A DNA stretch of 64,000 nucleotides from Galbitalea sp. (GCA_036266835.1 DATAXD010000011.1:183-64182), one strand, 5' to 3'. Counted from the stretch's first letter, positions 9,459-18,613 are shown. Translations and numbers: made by a program. The notes: generated by a model not told the origin, from the letters alone.

Positions 9459-9830
9459 TCAGCCCCGGGCGGGAAGCTCCTGAAGCGACCACGTGTTGCC
9501 CTCCGGGTCGGAGAAATAGACGAACCGTCCCCACGGCATGTCCTGCACGTCGCTCGCGCCGACTCCGGCCGCGCCGAGCTGGGCGCGGGCGGCATCCGCA
9601 TCGGTAATCACGATCTGCACGCCCTTCTGCGAACCGGGCGCCATTTCGGTGATGCCGGTTCCGAGAACGATCGAGCAGGCCGATCCCGGCGGCGTCAGCT
9701 GCACGAAACGGATGCCGCCGTCGACGGTGTGGTCGTGGTCGAGGTTGAAGCCGACCTGGTCGCGGTAGAAGCCGATCGCGCGGTCGACGTCGCTCACCGG
9801 AATGGCGACCAGTTCGATTTTCCAGTCCAT
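9459..9830 (-). CDS. VOC (glyoxalase/bleomycin-resistance) family protein
   Basis: 123 aa. The VAIPVSDVDRAIGFYRDQVGF start and FSDPEGNTWSLQE end are typical VOC modules. Confidence 0.85.
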   Translation of the reverse strand: MDWKIELVAIPVSDVDRAIGFYRDQVGFNLDHDHTVDGGIRFVQLTPPGSACSIVLGTGITEMAPGSQKGVQIVITDADAARAQLGAAGVGASDVQDMPWGRFVYFSDPEGNTWSLQELPARG

Positions 9831-9967
9831 GGCCGGAACCTTTCTGTTTGTGGGGGTGCTTTCCTTGTCGTGTGGCCTCGAGCGTTGTTGTCGCGGTCAA
9901 CCCGATACACCCAGCCTCTCGCTTATATAGGTCACTTTCTGTCCTGAATAGGGCGAGAATTGCGGAT

Positions 9968-10930
9968 GTGGCAGAAACGACTTCACGCACGCTCCAGCTC
10001 CTCAATCTGCTGCAATCGCATCGGCAGTGGAGTGGTCCGGAACTGGCTGACCGGCTCGGGGTGACCGAGCGCACACTGCGCCGGGATGTCGATCGGGTGC
10101 GTGAGCTGGGCTACCGGGTGGATGCCGTTCGAGGGCCTCTCGGCGGCTACCGGCTCGAAGCCGGCGGCCAGCTCCCGCCGCTGCTGCTCACCGACGACGA
10201 AGCCGTCACGATGGCGATCGGGCTGCGAGTCGCCGCGCAATACGGACTCGTCGATGGGGAGCTGACGACCCAGACGGCCCTCGCGAAGTTCGAACAGGTA
10301 CTGCCGAGTGCGCTGCGCCGGCGGGTCAACGCACTCGCGACCAGCGTGCAGGCGGAGACTCCGCGCAGCCCGACTGTGTCGCAGGATGTGCTCGGATCGC
10401 TCGCGCTCGCCTGCCGCGACCGTGAACGCATCCGGTTCTCTTATGAAGATGGCCGAGGCGAGAAGACCGAGCGGATCGTCGAACCGAACGCGCTGGTCGC
10501 CGCGTCTCGCAACTGGTTTCTCGTCGCCTGGGATCTTCGCCGCGGTGACTGGCGAACCTTCCGGGTCGACCGGATCTCGCGGTTCTTCGGCACTCGCCTC
10601 CGATTCCCGCCGCGTGAATTGCCCGGCGGCGCCGCCGCGTACGTCACGAAGTCCGTTGGGGCGCTCCGCCGTCGCATCAGGCTGGACGTGATCCTCGAGC
10701 TTCCGCTCGCCGAAGCCCGTGCCGCCTTCGGACCATGGGGATCGCAGGCGGATGCGCTCACTGCGACACAGACGCGGTGGCGCGTCGAGGCCGAGTCGCC
10801 TGAGCATGCGTTCGGCGCGCTCGCCTGGGTACCCGCGGGCGTCGCGTACACGCTGGAGGGTCAGGGCGAACTCCTCGACTTCATCCGCACGGCGGCGGAG
10901 CGGGCAGGCGCCGCGTCCGGAAGGAGCTAG
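9968..10930 (+). CDS. YafY-family HTH + WYL domain transcriptional regulator
   Basis: RTLQLLNLLQSHRQWSGPELADRLGVTERTLRRDVDRVRELGY HTH segment, then a WYL-type domain (RNWFLVAWDLRRGDWRTFRVDRI). GTG 9968 is chosen. Divergent from the VOC gene. Confidence 0.85.
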   Translation: MAETTSRTLQLLNLLQSHRQWSGPELADRLGVTERTLRRDVDRVRELGYRVDAVRGPLGGYRLEAGGQLPPLLLTDDEAVTMAIGLRVAAQYGLVDGELTTQTALAKFEQVLPSALRRRVNALATSVQAETPRSPTVSQDVLGSLALACRDRERIRFSYEDGRGEKTERIVEPNALVAASRNWFLVAWDLRRGDWRTFRVDRISRFFGTRLRFPPRELPGGAAAYVTKSVGALRRRIRLDVILELPLAEARAAFGPWGSQADALTATQTRWRVEAESPEHAFGALAWVPAGVAYTLEGQGELLDFIRTAAERAGAASGRS

Positions 10931-11820
10931 GTGGTCGTCGCGCTGAACAGCAGCGAGGCGACGACTACCAGGCCGACCGCCACAAACTGCAGCTTCGTCA
11001 TCCGTTCCTTCAGGACGGTGGCGGCGAGGATCACCGTGAGCACGGGATACAGCGCGACCAGCACCGATACGATCGCGAGGTTTCCGACGTGCAGGTCGAG
11101 GATGATGAGCGCATCCGCCACGGCGACGAGAACGCCCGATCCGGCCGCGGCGATCCAGGCGCGGTGGGCGGACAGCGTCGCGACGGCATCCGATCCCGGC
11201 TGCAGGAAGGCGAGCGCGCGGCGGCGGGGGATAAAGCGGATGGCGAGCCACACGATAGCAAGCACGACGAGGCCGGCCACGATCTCGAGCACCGAGGGGA
11301 CGACGCCGGAATTGTGCGGGGCGAAGTCGAGGGCAACGAGAGAGGACCCGAGCAGCAGGCCGGAGGCGACGGCGAGCGCCGCTCCTCGGCGAGTGATGTG
11401 TGTGCGTCCCGGTTCGCTGCGCGGTGCCAGCAGCAGGAGGGCGACGATTCCCAGCCCGATGGCGACCCACGCGATCGGTGTCAGCGCCTGTCCGGTGATC
11501 ACGGCCGCGGCCACCGGCACAACCGACTGGATGAGGGCGATGAGCGGCGACAGCAGACTCATCGGCCCAATCGCGAGAACACCGTAGAACGCGAGCAGTC
11601 CGAACACGGCGAGCACACCGCAGACCGTGCCGGCTTCGACAGCACCAACGGACCAGGTTCCCCCGACCAGCAGGAGCGCTCCGAAGATGGTGACGGTGGC
11701 AACTACGTAGTTGAACAGGGTTGCGGTGACGAGCGGGATGCGCCGTGCTGCGAACGCGCCCAGGAAGTCGGAAGCCCCATAGAAGATCGCGCCGCTGAGG
11801 CCGAGAACAACGACGATCAT
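10927..11820 (-). CDS. EamA/DMT family transporter
   Basis: 297 aa with ten hydrophobic helices in two repeats. Confidence 0.8.
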   Translation of the reverse strand: MIVVVLGLSGAIFYGASDFLGAFAARRIPLVTATLFNYVVATVTIFGALLLVGGTWSVGAVEAGTVCGVLAVFGLLAFYGVLAIGPMSLLSPLIALIQSVVPVAAAVITGQALTPIAWVAIGLGIVALLLLAPRSEPGRTHITRRGAALAVASGLLLGSSLVALDFAPHNSGVVPSVLEIVAGLVVLAIVWLAIRFIPRRRALAFLQPGSDAVATLSAHRAWIAAAGSGVLVAVADALIILDLHVGNLAIVSVLVALYPVLTVILAATVLKERMTKLQFVAVGLVVVASLLFSATTT

Positions 11821-11859
11821 GCAGCGTGTCCCGCGGCCACGACCGTCATGGAACCAAGT

Positions 11860-12738
11860 CTAGGGAACGGACGACGGGCCGCTCACTTTCGCGACGCGCT
11901 TACGACGCATCCGCAGGAGGACGACGATTCCGATCCAGATGACGGCACCGAGCACGAGCCACGGCAGCAGATAGGTCAGCACCAGGAACGCCCAGGTAAA
12001 GAACACGCCGAAACCGGATAGCCCGCCGAAGAATGCGCTTGCTGGAGATGGCGGCCCAGTCGTCGCGATGACCACCGATGGCGCGATCAGGTGCAGCTTG
12101 ATCGTCGCCATCGCGATCTGGTCGTTGAGGTAGCGCTGCTGCCCTTCGAGCGACTCGAGATCACCCTGGCGGCTCGAGATGTCGCTTTCGAGTTCGATCA
12201 GGTCCGAGGTGTTTGTCGCCTTGGCTTCAAGCGCGAGAAGCCTGGTGATTGAAGTCTGGAGCGCGGTAATCCGGGCAGCGAGGTCTTCACTCTTGGTCGT
12301 GACGTCATCCGTCGACTGGCTGATCGACACCACGCTGCCGACCTTCTTCAGCGCGGCGAGCGTCTGGCTGAGCCTGTTCTCCGGGATGCGCAGCGTCAGG
12401 CGTGCATCCGCGGGAGTCGTCTTCGTGGCGGCCGTCTGGTTGCGGTCATCGACGCGTCCGCCCGCATGGTCGACGATTGTCGCTGCCTTGCCGGCTGCGG
12501 AAATCGGGTGCGCGCTGCGGATGACTACGCTGCCGGTGGTAACCACCTGGCGGGTGACCGCGTCGCCGGCGGTTTTGGAGGCGCCGGTCGAAACGTGCGC
12601 ATCTGTGCCGACGCCCGGCACCGCGGCACCGTTGCCAGCGGTCGAAGCGCCCCCGCCGGAGGCCGAGCATCCGGCGACCGAAATCGCCACCGCGAGCAGA
12701 ATCGCGCCGAGCCCCGCACTTCGTCGCTTGGTGAGCAT
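11860..12738 (-). CDS. DUF4349 domain lipoprotein
   Basis: Start MLTKRRSAGLGAILLAVAISVAGCSA (lipobox), central coiled-coil region, C-terminal double TM segment. The 12739-13230 part of the ORF is antisense shadow of the AKR gene. Confidence 0.7.
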   Translation of the reverse strand: MLTKRRSAGLGAILLAVAISVAGCSASGGGASTAGNGAAVPGVGTDAHVSTGASKTAGDAVTRQVVTTGSVVIRSAHPISAAGKAATIVDHAGGRVDDRNQTAATKTTPADARLTLRIPENRLSQTLAALKKVGSVVSISQSTDDVTTKSEDLAARITALQTSITRLLALEAKATNTSDLIELESDISSRQGDLESLEGQQRYLNDQIAMATIKLHLIAPSVVIATTGPPSPASAFFGGLSGFGVFFTWAFLVLTYLLPWLVLGAVIWIGIVVLLRMRRKRVAKVSGPSSVP

Positions 12739-12813
12739 GTCCCAACTGTGCCAGAAGTTTCGTGGGTAGCGAATCACGATTTGGCGTCTCTTGTGGGGGA
12801 TAGTCTCGAAGCC

Positions 12814-13800
12814 ATGCAGCAGCGGATTCTCGGACGAACGAACCGCGGAGTCTCGGTGATTTCGCTCGGCACCTGGCAGCTGGGTGCCGACTGGGGCACG
12901 GTTTCGGAAGACGATGCGACCGCCGTGCTGGCTGCCGCGGTTGATGCCGGTGTGACCATGTTCGACACCGCGGATGTCTATGGAGACGGTCGCAGCGAAC
13001 AGCTCATCGGCCGATACCGGTCCGATCATCCGGATGCGGACATCTTCGTTGCGACCAAAATGGGCCGCCGCGTGGATCAGGAGCTCGACAACTACACGCT
13101 CGACAACTTCCGCGCCTGGACCCACCGCTCGCGCTCGAACCTGCGAGTCGACACGCTCGATCTCGTGCAGCTGCACTGCCCGCCGACATCCGTCTATTCG
13201 AGCGATCGGGTCTTCGACGCACTCGACCACCTCGTCGCGGAGGGCGCCATCGCGAACTACGGCGTGAGCGTAGAGACCAGCGCACAGGCGCTGACCGCAA
13301 TCGCGCGGCCGAACGTCGCGACCGTGCAGATCATCCTGAACGCGTTCCGGCTCAAGCCCCTCGCCGAGGTGCTGCCGGCAGCCCAGGATGCGGGGGTCGG
13401 CATCATTGCTCGGGTTCCACTAGCGAGTGGGCTGCTCAGCGGCCGGTACTCAGCCGAAACGACGTTTGCCGAAAACGATCACCGCAACTTCAACCGCAAC
13501 GGCGAGGCATTCGACGTTGGCGAGACGTTCTCTGGCGTGAATTTCGAACAGGGCGTCGAGGCCTCGCACGAGTTCGCGGCGCTGGCGAACGAGCACGGGC
13601 TGGAGCCGGCTACCGCGGCTCTGGCGTGGCTTGCCCAGTTGCCCGGGGTGAGCACGGTGATTCCTGGAGCGCGCACGCCGCAGCAGGCTCGCGCAAACGC
13701 GGCCGCCGGGTCGGTGGAGCCGCTCGGGACCGAATTCGACGAGCGCGTGCGAGAGATCTACGATCGCTATTTCGCGAAGGAGCTGGCAGCGAAGTGGTAG
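12814..13800 (+). CDS. Aldo/keto reductase
   Basis: MQQRILGRTNRGVSVISLGTWQLGADWG...FDTADVYGDGRSE are AKR hallmarks. Confidence 0.9.
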   Translation: MQQRILGRTNRGVSVISLGTWQLGADWGTVSEDDATAVLAAAVDAGVTMFDTADVYGDGRSEQLIGRYRSDHPDADIFVATKMGRRVDQELDNYTLDNFRAWTHRSRSNLRVDTLDLVQLHCPPTSVYSSDRVFDALDHLVAEGAIANYGVSVETSAQALTAIARPNVATVQIILNAFRLKPLAEVLPAAQDAGVGIIARVPLASGLLSGRYSAETTFAENDHRNFNRNGEAFDVGETFSGVNFEQGVEASHEFAALANEHGLEPATAALAWLAQLPGVSTVIPGARTPQQARANAAAGSVEPLGTEFDERVREIYDRYFAKELAAKW

Positions 13801-15092
13801 ACAAGGCGACCGCGGCGTCGCCGACCAAACTCGGTCGCCCGTTCCAGAATCTTTTCGTCTCGAACCTCGCCACCAACCTTGGTGACGGAGTCATCCGCAC
13901 CGCCGCACCACTGCTCGCGGTGCGACTCACGACCGACCCGCTGCTGATCTCGCTGATCGCCGCGCTCGCGCTCCTGCCGTGGTTGTTCTTCGCGATTCCG
14001 TCGGGCATCCTGATCGACCGGATCGACCGACGCACCGCCCTGAAGATCGCCAACGGCATCCGGGTGGTGCTGGCGACCGGGCTCGTGCTGCTGTTCGCGA
14101 CGCACTCACTCACGATCTGGTGGCTCTACGCCGTTGTGTTCATCGACGGTTCCTGCGAAACCATCTACGACGGCGCGATCAGGGCGATGATGCCCGGCAT
14201 CGTGCCAAAGGATCGCCTCCCCAGCGCGAACTCGCGGATCGAGGCCGGCGAACTCATCCTGCAGAACTTCCTGGCCGCCCCGCTCACCTCGCTGCTGTTC
14301 GCGGTTGCCGTGCTCATCCCGCTCGGCGCGAACATCGGTTTCTACGCGCTCGCCGTGGTGCTCGCGCTGCTCCTGCCACGCGCCGCCTCCGGCAAACAGT
14401 TCACGGATGTGGGTGACGAGCCGAGGCCTAAGTGGTACCTGCAGTTCGTGGACGGATATCGCTTCATCATGGCCAACAGGATGTTCCGCACCCTCTGGTT
14501 TTTCACAACGTTCATCGGCCTCTGTTTCTCGGCGGCGACATCCGGACTCGTGCTCTTCGTCATCAAGCACGAGGGGCTGCCACCGAGCCTGTTCGGGACG
14601 TTCCTGCTCTCCGGCGCCGTGGGCGGAATTGCGGGCAGCCTCCTTGCCGCGAGCCTCAAGAAGAAGCTGGGCGCCGGCCCGACGATGGCCCTTGCCAACC
14701 TCGTCGCGTGCATTTCGCTGCTCGTGGTCGGAGCAATCCCATCGATCTGGGCGGCAGCGGCCGGATTTCTTGTCTCGTCTCTGGCGATCCTCATCTGGAA
14801 CGTGCTGATCATGTCCCTGCGTCAGAGCATCGTGCCCGGCCGGATGCTCGGTCGGGTCCATGGCACCTGGCGCACGCTCCTGTGGGGAACGATGCCGATC
14901 GGATCCGTGCTCGGCGGCCTGCTCGGTCGCATCAATCTCACCTATCCGTTTCTCTTCGCGGGCGCCGCTGGACTGGTCGCGAGCATCATCTTCTACCGAT
15001 TCCTGTCATCACTCCCGAACCCCGAGGACGTCGACAACGGCGATCGACCGGTCACCGAAATCGGCCCGGCCGGAGTCACGCTCGAAGACTGA
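13794..15092 (+). CDS. MFS transporter
   Basis: About 12 TM helices. GTG 13794 overlaps the AKR stop (GTGGTAG). Start is uncertain. Confidence 0.8.
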   Translation: MVDKATAASPTKLGRPFQNLFVSNLATNLGDGVIRTAAPLLAVRLTTDPLLISLIAALALLPWLFFAIPSGILIDRIDRRTALKIANGIRVVLATGLVLLFATHSLTIWWLYAVVFIDGSCETIYDGAIRAMMPGIVPKDRLPSANSRIEAGELILQNFLAAPLTSLLFAVAVLIPLGANIGFYALAVVLALLLPRAASGKQFTDVGDEPRPKWYLQFVDGYRFIMANRMFRTLWFFTTFIGLCFSAATSGLVLFVIKHEGLPPSLFGTFLLSGAVGGIAGSLLAASLKKKLGAGPTMALANLVACISLLVVGAIPSIWAAAAGFLVSSLAILIWNVLIMSLRQSIVPGRMLGRVHGTWRTLLWGTMPIGSVLGGLLGRINLTYPFLFAGAAGLVASIIFYRFLSSLPNPEDVDNGDRPVTEIGPAGVTLED

Positions 15093-15174
15093 TCGCTGGG
15101 TTACCCGGGTCGGAGCCTCACGGTGCAGGCCAACGCACGGGAATTCTGAGATCGAGTGACCGTTGTAATCAAAC

Positions 15175-15744
15175 GTGACCAAGCTAATGATTATCGTCGG
15201 CAGCATTCGTGAGGGTCGTATCGGCCTCCCGATTGCCGAGTGGGTTCGCGCCGAGGCGGAGAAGACCGGCAACTTCGAGATCGATTTCGTCGACCTCAAG
15301 GAGTTGGGCCTTCCGTTCATGGACGAGCCGAAGCATCCGCGGCTCCAGGAATACACGCACCAGCACACCCGCGACTGGTCCGCCCGAGTGGATGCCGCGG
15401 AGGCATTCCTGTTCGTCACTCCGGAGTACAACTACAGCTTTTCGCCCGCACTGAAGAACGCTCTCGACTACTTGAACAAGGAGTGGTGGCGCAAGCCGCT
15501 CGGGTTCGTCAGCTACGGCGGCGTCTCATCGGGTACGCGGGGCGCGGCGGCCATCCTGCCGGTGATCACTGGCCTCGGACTCGTGCGAGTCGGTGCAAAC
15601 GTGGAACTGAGCTTCGCGGGCACGCAGATTGAGGATGGCGTCTTCCACGCCGGTGAGAAGGAGTCCGCGATCCTGGAGCGCGAGCTGGACGAGCTCCACA
15701 CGCTTGCCGCTATCCTCACTCCCGCCCGAGGCATGCTCACCTAA
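15175..15744 (+). CDS. NADPH-dependent FMN reductase
   Basis: IIVGSIREGRIG...FVTPEYNYSFSPALKNALDYL matches the FMN_red family pattern. Start is 15175 (GTG) or 15187 (ATG). Confidence 0.85.
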   Translation: MTKLMIIVGSIREGRIGLPIAEWVRAEAEKTGNFEIDFVDLKELGLPFMDEPKHPRLQEYTHQHTRDWSARVDAAEAFLFVTPEYNYSFSPALKNALDYLNKEWWRKPLGFVSYGGVSSGTRGAAAILPVITGLGLVRVGANVELSFAGTQIEDGVFHAGEKESAILERELDELHTLAAILTPARGMLT

Positions 15745-15747
15745 CCC

Positions 15748-15802
15748 GAGGGGCGGCAAAAGGTCCTAAAACCGTCCCGGTTAGGACCTTTTGCCGCCCC
15801 TC
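15748..15802. repeat. Palindromic intergenic element, family A copy 1 (probable bidirectional terminator)
   Basis: Perfect 22-bp arms GAGGGGCGGCAAAAGGTCCTAA / TTAGGACCTTTTGCCGCCCCTC around the 11-nt loop AACCGTCCCGG. Fills the 67-bp gap between convergent genes. Confidence 0.8.
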
Positions 15803-15811
15803 ACGGGGGGA

Positions 15812-16255
15812 TTACGCAGACGCGAACAGGTCAGCCATCGCGTCGAAGAACGCGCCCCAGCCCTCGGCCGTGCGCGCGTACTCCTCGGGCGACAGGTTGC
15901 CGCCCGTCTGGCGGAACAGCATCTCGGTGCCTCCGTCGACCGCGGTCAGGGTGACTGTGACGGTCTCGCGGGCATCGCCCGGACGATCGGCGAGAGTCAG
16001 CACCAGCTTCGTCGGTGGGTCGACTGTAAGGAATTCGCCGTACCAGTGGATGTCGGGCACATCGTTGCCGATGATCATGGTTGCTTTCCACGCGCCGCCG
16101 GGGCGAACATCCATCGAGACGCTGTCGTCGGGAACGTGAACTCCGCTGCCGCCGAACCATTTCGCGAAGTGCTGGGGCGTGACCCAGGCGTCGAAGACGA
16201 GCTGGGGTGGCGCGGCGAAAGTGCGGGTGATGGTGGCGCCTTCTGATTCAGTCAT
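15812..16255 (-). CDS. SRPBCC (Aha1/activator-of-Hsp90-ATPase-like) domain protein
   Basis: ITRTFAAPPQLVFDAWVTPQHFAKWFG start. Overlaps the ArsR gene stop by 8 nt. Confidence 0.8.
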   Translation of the reverse strand: MTESEGATITRTFAAPPQLVFDAWVTPQHFAKWFGGSGVHVPDDSVSMDVRPGGAWKATMIIGNDVPDIHWYGEFLTVDPPTKLVLTLADRPGDARETVTVTLTAVDGGTEMLFRQTGGNLSPEEYARTAEGWGAFFDAMADLFASA

Positions 16256-16586
16256 GCGTCGTGCCTTTCTGTAGTGCCGTGAGGTGGTGGTTCAATTCGA
16301 CGAAGCTGTGCTCCCAGAACCGCCGGTAGAGGTCGATGAAATCGGCCGCGGGCCGAAGCGGATCGGCGACGAGCCTCGCGGGTCGCCACTGGGCATCCCG
16401 ACCTCGGGCGATGAGGCCAGCCGACTCAAGAACGCGGAGGTGCTTCGACACCGCCGGCAGGCTCATCGCGAACGGTGCCGCGAGTTCATTGACCGTGGTC
16501 TGGCCCTGTGCCAGCCTGGCGAGGATCGCGCGCCGCGTGGGGTCCGCGAGAGCCGCGAACGTCCGGCTGAGTTGATCTGTGGCCAT
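16248..16586 (-). CDS. ArsR/SmtB family transcriptional regulator (no metal-site cysteines)
   Basis: FAALADPTRRAILARL...ELAAPFAMSLPAVSKHLRVLESAGLI winged HTH. ATG 16586 is chosen. Confidence 0.85.
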   Translation of the reverse strand: MATDQLSRTFAALADPTRRAILARLAQGQTTVNELAAPFAMSLPAVSKHLRVLESAGLIARGRDAQWRPARLVADPLRPAADFIDLYRRFWEHSFVELNHHLTALQKGTTHD

Positions 16587-16598
16587 AAAGCCATAATA

Positions 16599-16626
16599 AA
16601 CCAAATGGATAAATAAACAAGTGGTT
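16599..16626. promoter_or_regulatory. Two AACCAAATGG-type boxes in an AT-rich divergent promoter region
   Basis: AACCAAATGGAT (16599-16610) and AAACAAGTGGTT (16615-16626). They match 11/12 and 10/12 of the AACCAAATGGTT core found upstream of the second ArsR gene. Confidence 0.5.
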
Positions 16627-16746
16627 AATTACCCGGGCGTATGAAAAGTGTTAGCGCCCCCGTTAGGGAGCATCAAATCGCTAGAATTGGGCCGCGATTC
16701 ACAACAGCGCGAATCGCGCGCTCTCGACATTGATCTGGACCCCCGT

Positions 16747-17103
16747 ATGGTCGACACAGAGTTGCCAGCGGACGCGGACGCCGTGTCCCGCGCTGTCGCG
16801 CTGTTCCTGAGACGGATGGTCGACGATCCGCTCCTCGGTTGGACCTTCGAGGGCGTCGACCAGGTCCGCGTTCAGCGGCATGCGCAGACGTTCGTCGTCG
16901 CGGCGCTCGGCGGGCCTGATCTCTACCTCGGACGTGACCTGCGCGAGGCGCACCTGCGGTTCTCGCTACGCAACGAACACTTCGACGCGGCCGTCGAACA
17001 TCTCCTGGAATCGCTTCGCGATGTCGGCATCTCGGACAGCGTGACCGCCGAGCTCGCGATCCGCCTCGAGCCGCTGCGCAGCCAAATCGTCACCGCCGCC
17101 TGA
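16747..17103 (+). CDS. Truncated-hemoglobin-like globin family protein
   Basis: About 118 aa. FLRRMVDDPLLGWTF...LGGPDLYLGRDLREAHLRF...FDAAVEHLLESL fits the 2-on-2 globin pattern. ATG 16747 is chosen. Confidence 0.65.
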   Translation: MVDTELPADADAVSRAVALFLRRMVDDPLLGWTFEGVDQVRVQRHAQTFVVAALGGPDLYLGRDLREAHLRFSLRNEHFDAAVEHLLESLRDVGISDSVTAELAIRLEPLRSQIVTAA

Positions 17104-17113
17104 TACTTCTCGT

Positions 17114-17168
17114 GAGGGGCGGCAAAAGGCTCTAACCGGCGCGGTTTTAGAGCCTTTTGCCGCCCCTC
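17114..17168. repeat. Palindromic intergenic element, family A copy 2 (probable bidirectional terminator)
   Basis: Perfect 22-bp arms GAGGGGCGGCAAAAGGCTCTAA / TTAGAGCCTTTTGCCGCCCCTC around the loop CCGGCGCGGTT. Lies between convergent genes. Differs from copy 1 by a compensated TC-to-CT change in both arms. Confidence 0.8.
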
Positions 17169-17174
17169 GGGGGA

Positions 17175-18401
17175 TTAGCCGCGCGGGACACCGACCGGTT
17201 CTGTATCCGGGATCGGGCTCGAGTCGCGACCGCGCAGGTCGGGATGCCAGCCGTGGAACGCGATCGCGACCAGGGCGGCGAGCACCGCGAGAACGCTCGC
17301 GACGATGAATCCGCCGATCGCGCCGTGCCCGTCGATGAAGAAGCCAGCGACGGCCGACCCGGCAGCCGCGCCGATGAGCTGGCCCGTGCCGACCCATCCG
17401 TAGGCCTCCGCCGTCTCACTGAATCGAACGCTGGATGCGACGATCGCCGACATGACTCCGAGGGCCGGGGCGATCCCGAGGCCGGCGACGAGAAGCGCGC
17501 CGGTCAGGGTCCAGAAGGTGCCGCCGAATTGCAGGGCCACGGCAACCGTCGCGAGCCCGATTCCGATCGCGATCACGACCATCCGCCGTGACAGCGCCCA
17601 TCGATCGAGCTGCTGGCTGCCGAGCGCCAGACCACCGATGAGCGAACCGATGGACCAGACCGCGAGGACGATGCCGGCCTGGGGCCCGCGGTGCCCGAAC
17701 ACGGAAACGACATCCGCCTCGGTGGCTGCGCATGCCCCGATGAGCAGAAGGCCCACGAGCGTTGCGAGGATGACGGGTTTCTTGCGCAAAACGGCGCCCA
17801 GCGACCGGCGGCTACGCGGAATGCGCACCTTGCCTACCTCGGGCGACAGCAGGAACCACAGGCCGCCGCCGAGCAGCAAGACCCCGGGAATCAGAACGCC
17901 GATCACCGTCGACACCTGGATCGATACAAAGGTGATGACGACCGGGCCCGCGATCCAGATGATCTCCTGCGCCGACGCGTCAAGAGCGAAGAGCCTGGTG
18001 AGCTGGGACGACGTGACCATCTTCGGATAGATCGTCCGAACGGCGGGCTGCACCGGTGGAGTACTCAGCCCACCGATAAATCCGATGACCACGTACATGG
18101 GCAGGGTCAGTGTGATGAACGCGATCGAGAAAATCGTCGCGGCGCAGACCAGCGTCGTGAGAATCAGAACAGGACGCATGCCCCAACGACCCATCCATCG
18201 GCTGGTGAGCGGGCCAGCGATGGCCTGGCCCACGCTCGTCGCGGCGAGAACGAGGCCCGCTTCCCCGTACGAGTGCGTGACGTACTGAACGCGCAGCAGG
18301 TACGCGAGCGACAGCATCCCATTCGGGAGCCGTGCAGTGAGCTGCGCCGCGATGATTCGCGCGACCCCGGGGGTTCTCAGGAGACTCCCGTATGTGCTCA
18401 C
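17175..18401 (-). CDS. MFS transporter
   Basis: About 12 TM helices. GTG 18401 (VSTYGSLLRTPGVARII...) is chosen because the upstream ORF extension is non-coding-like. Confidence 0.8.
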   Translation of the reverse strand: MSTYGSLLRTPGVARIIAAQLTARLPNGMLSLAYLLRVQYVTHSYGEAGLVLAATSVGQAIAGPLTSRWMGRWGMRPVLILTTLVCAATIFSIAFITLTLPMYVVIGFIGGLSTPPVQPAVRTIYPKMVTSSQLTRLFALDASAQEIIWIAGPVVITFVSIQVSTVIGVLIPGVLLLGGGLWFLLSPEVGKVRIPRSRRSLGAVLRKKPVILATLVGLLLIGACAATEADVVSVFGHRGPQAGIVLAVWSIGSLIGGLALGSQQLDRWALSRRMVVIAIGIGLATVAVALQFGGTFWTLTGALLVAGLGIAPALGVMSAIVASSVRFSETAEAYGWVGTGQLIGAAAGSAVAGFFIDGHGAIGGFIVASVLAVLAALVAIAFHGWHPDLRGRDSSPIPDTEPVGVPRG

Positions 18402-18565
18402 TGGGGCCTCATTTCGCACCCAGTCTATCGACCACGTGATCCACTGAGCGTGGGCGTCGGTGGCCACTCGTACGGTTGTCCACAGGCACCCCGGAATTGT
18501 GCACAGGAAACACGGGCAAATGTGCAGAAGTAGTGGCAAGTTGTTGAGAAATTGTGGACGACACG

Positions 18566-18613
18566 CCACGATATCTAGTGTCGATCGGGTTGAATAGACC
18601 CAAGATATAGGGA
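18566..18613. promoter_or_regulatory. Tandem NrdR boxes
   Basis: CCACGATATCTAGTGT (18566-18581) and ACCCAAGATATAGGGA (18598-18613), compared with the published 16-bp consensus acaCwAtATaTwGtgt. Centres are 32 bp apart. Located 132 nt upstream of nrdA. Confidence 0.7.

Noticed and set aside
9983-11470. Long ORFs antisense to or out of frame with confident genes, for example 9983..11470(-), 19558..21039(-), 22282..23523(-), 33614..34741(-), 37906..39744(-), 25150..26370(-), 55483..56721(+)
   Set aside because: They are typical high-GC shadow ORFs. The translations are Arg/Pro/Gly-rich and low-complexity, with no motifs. Each fully overlaps a gene with clear family signatures.
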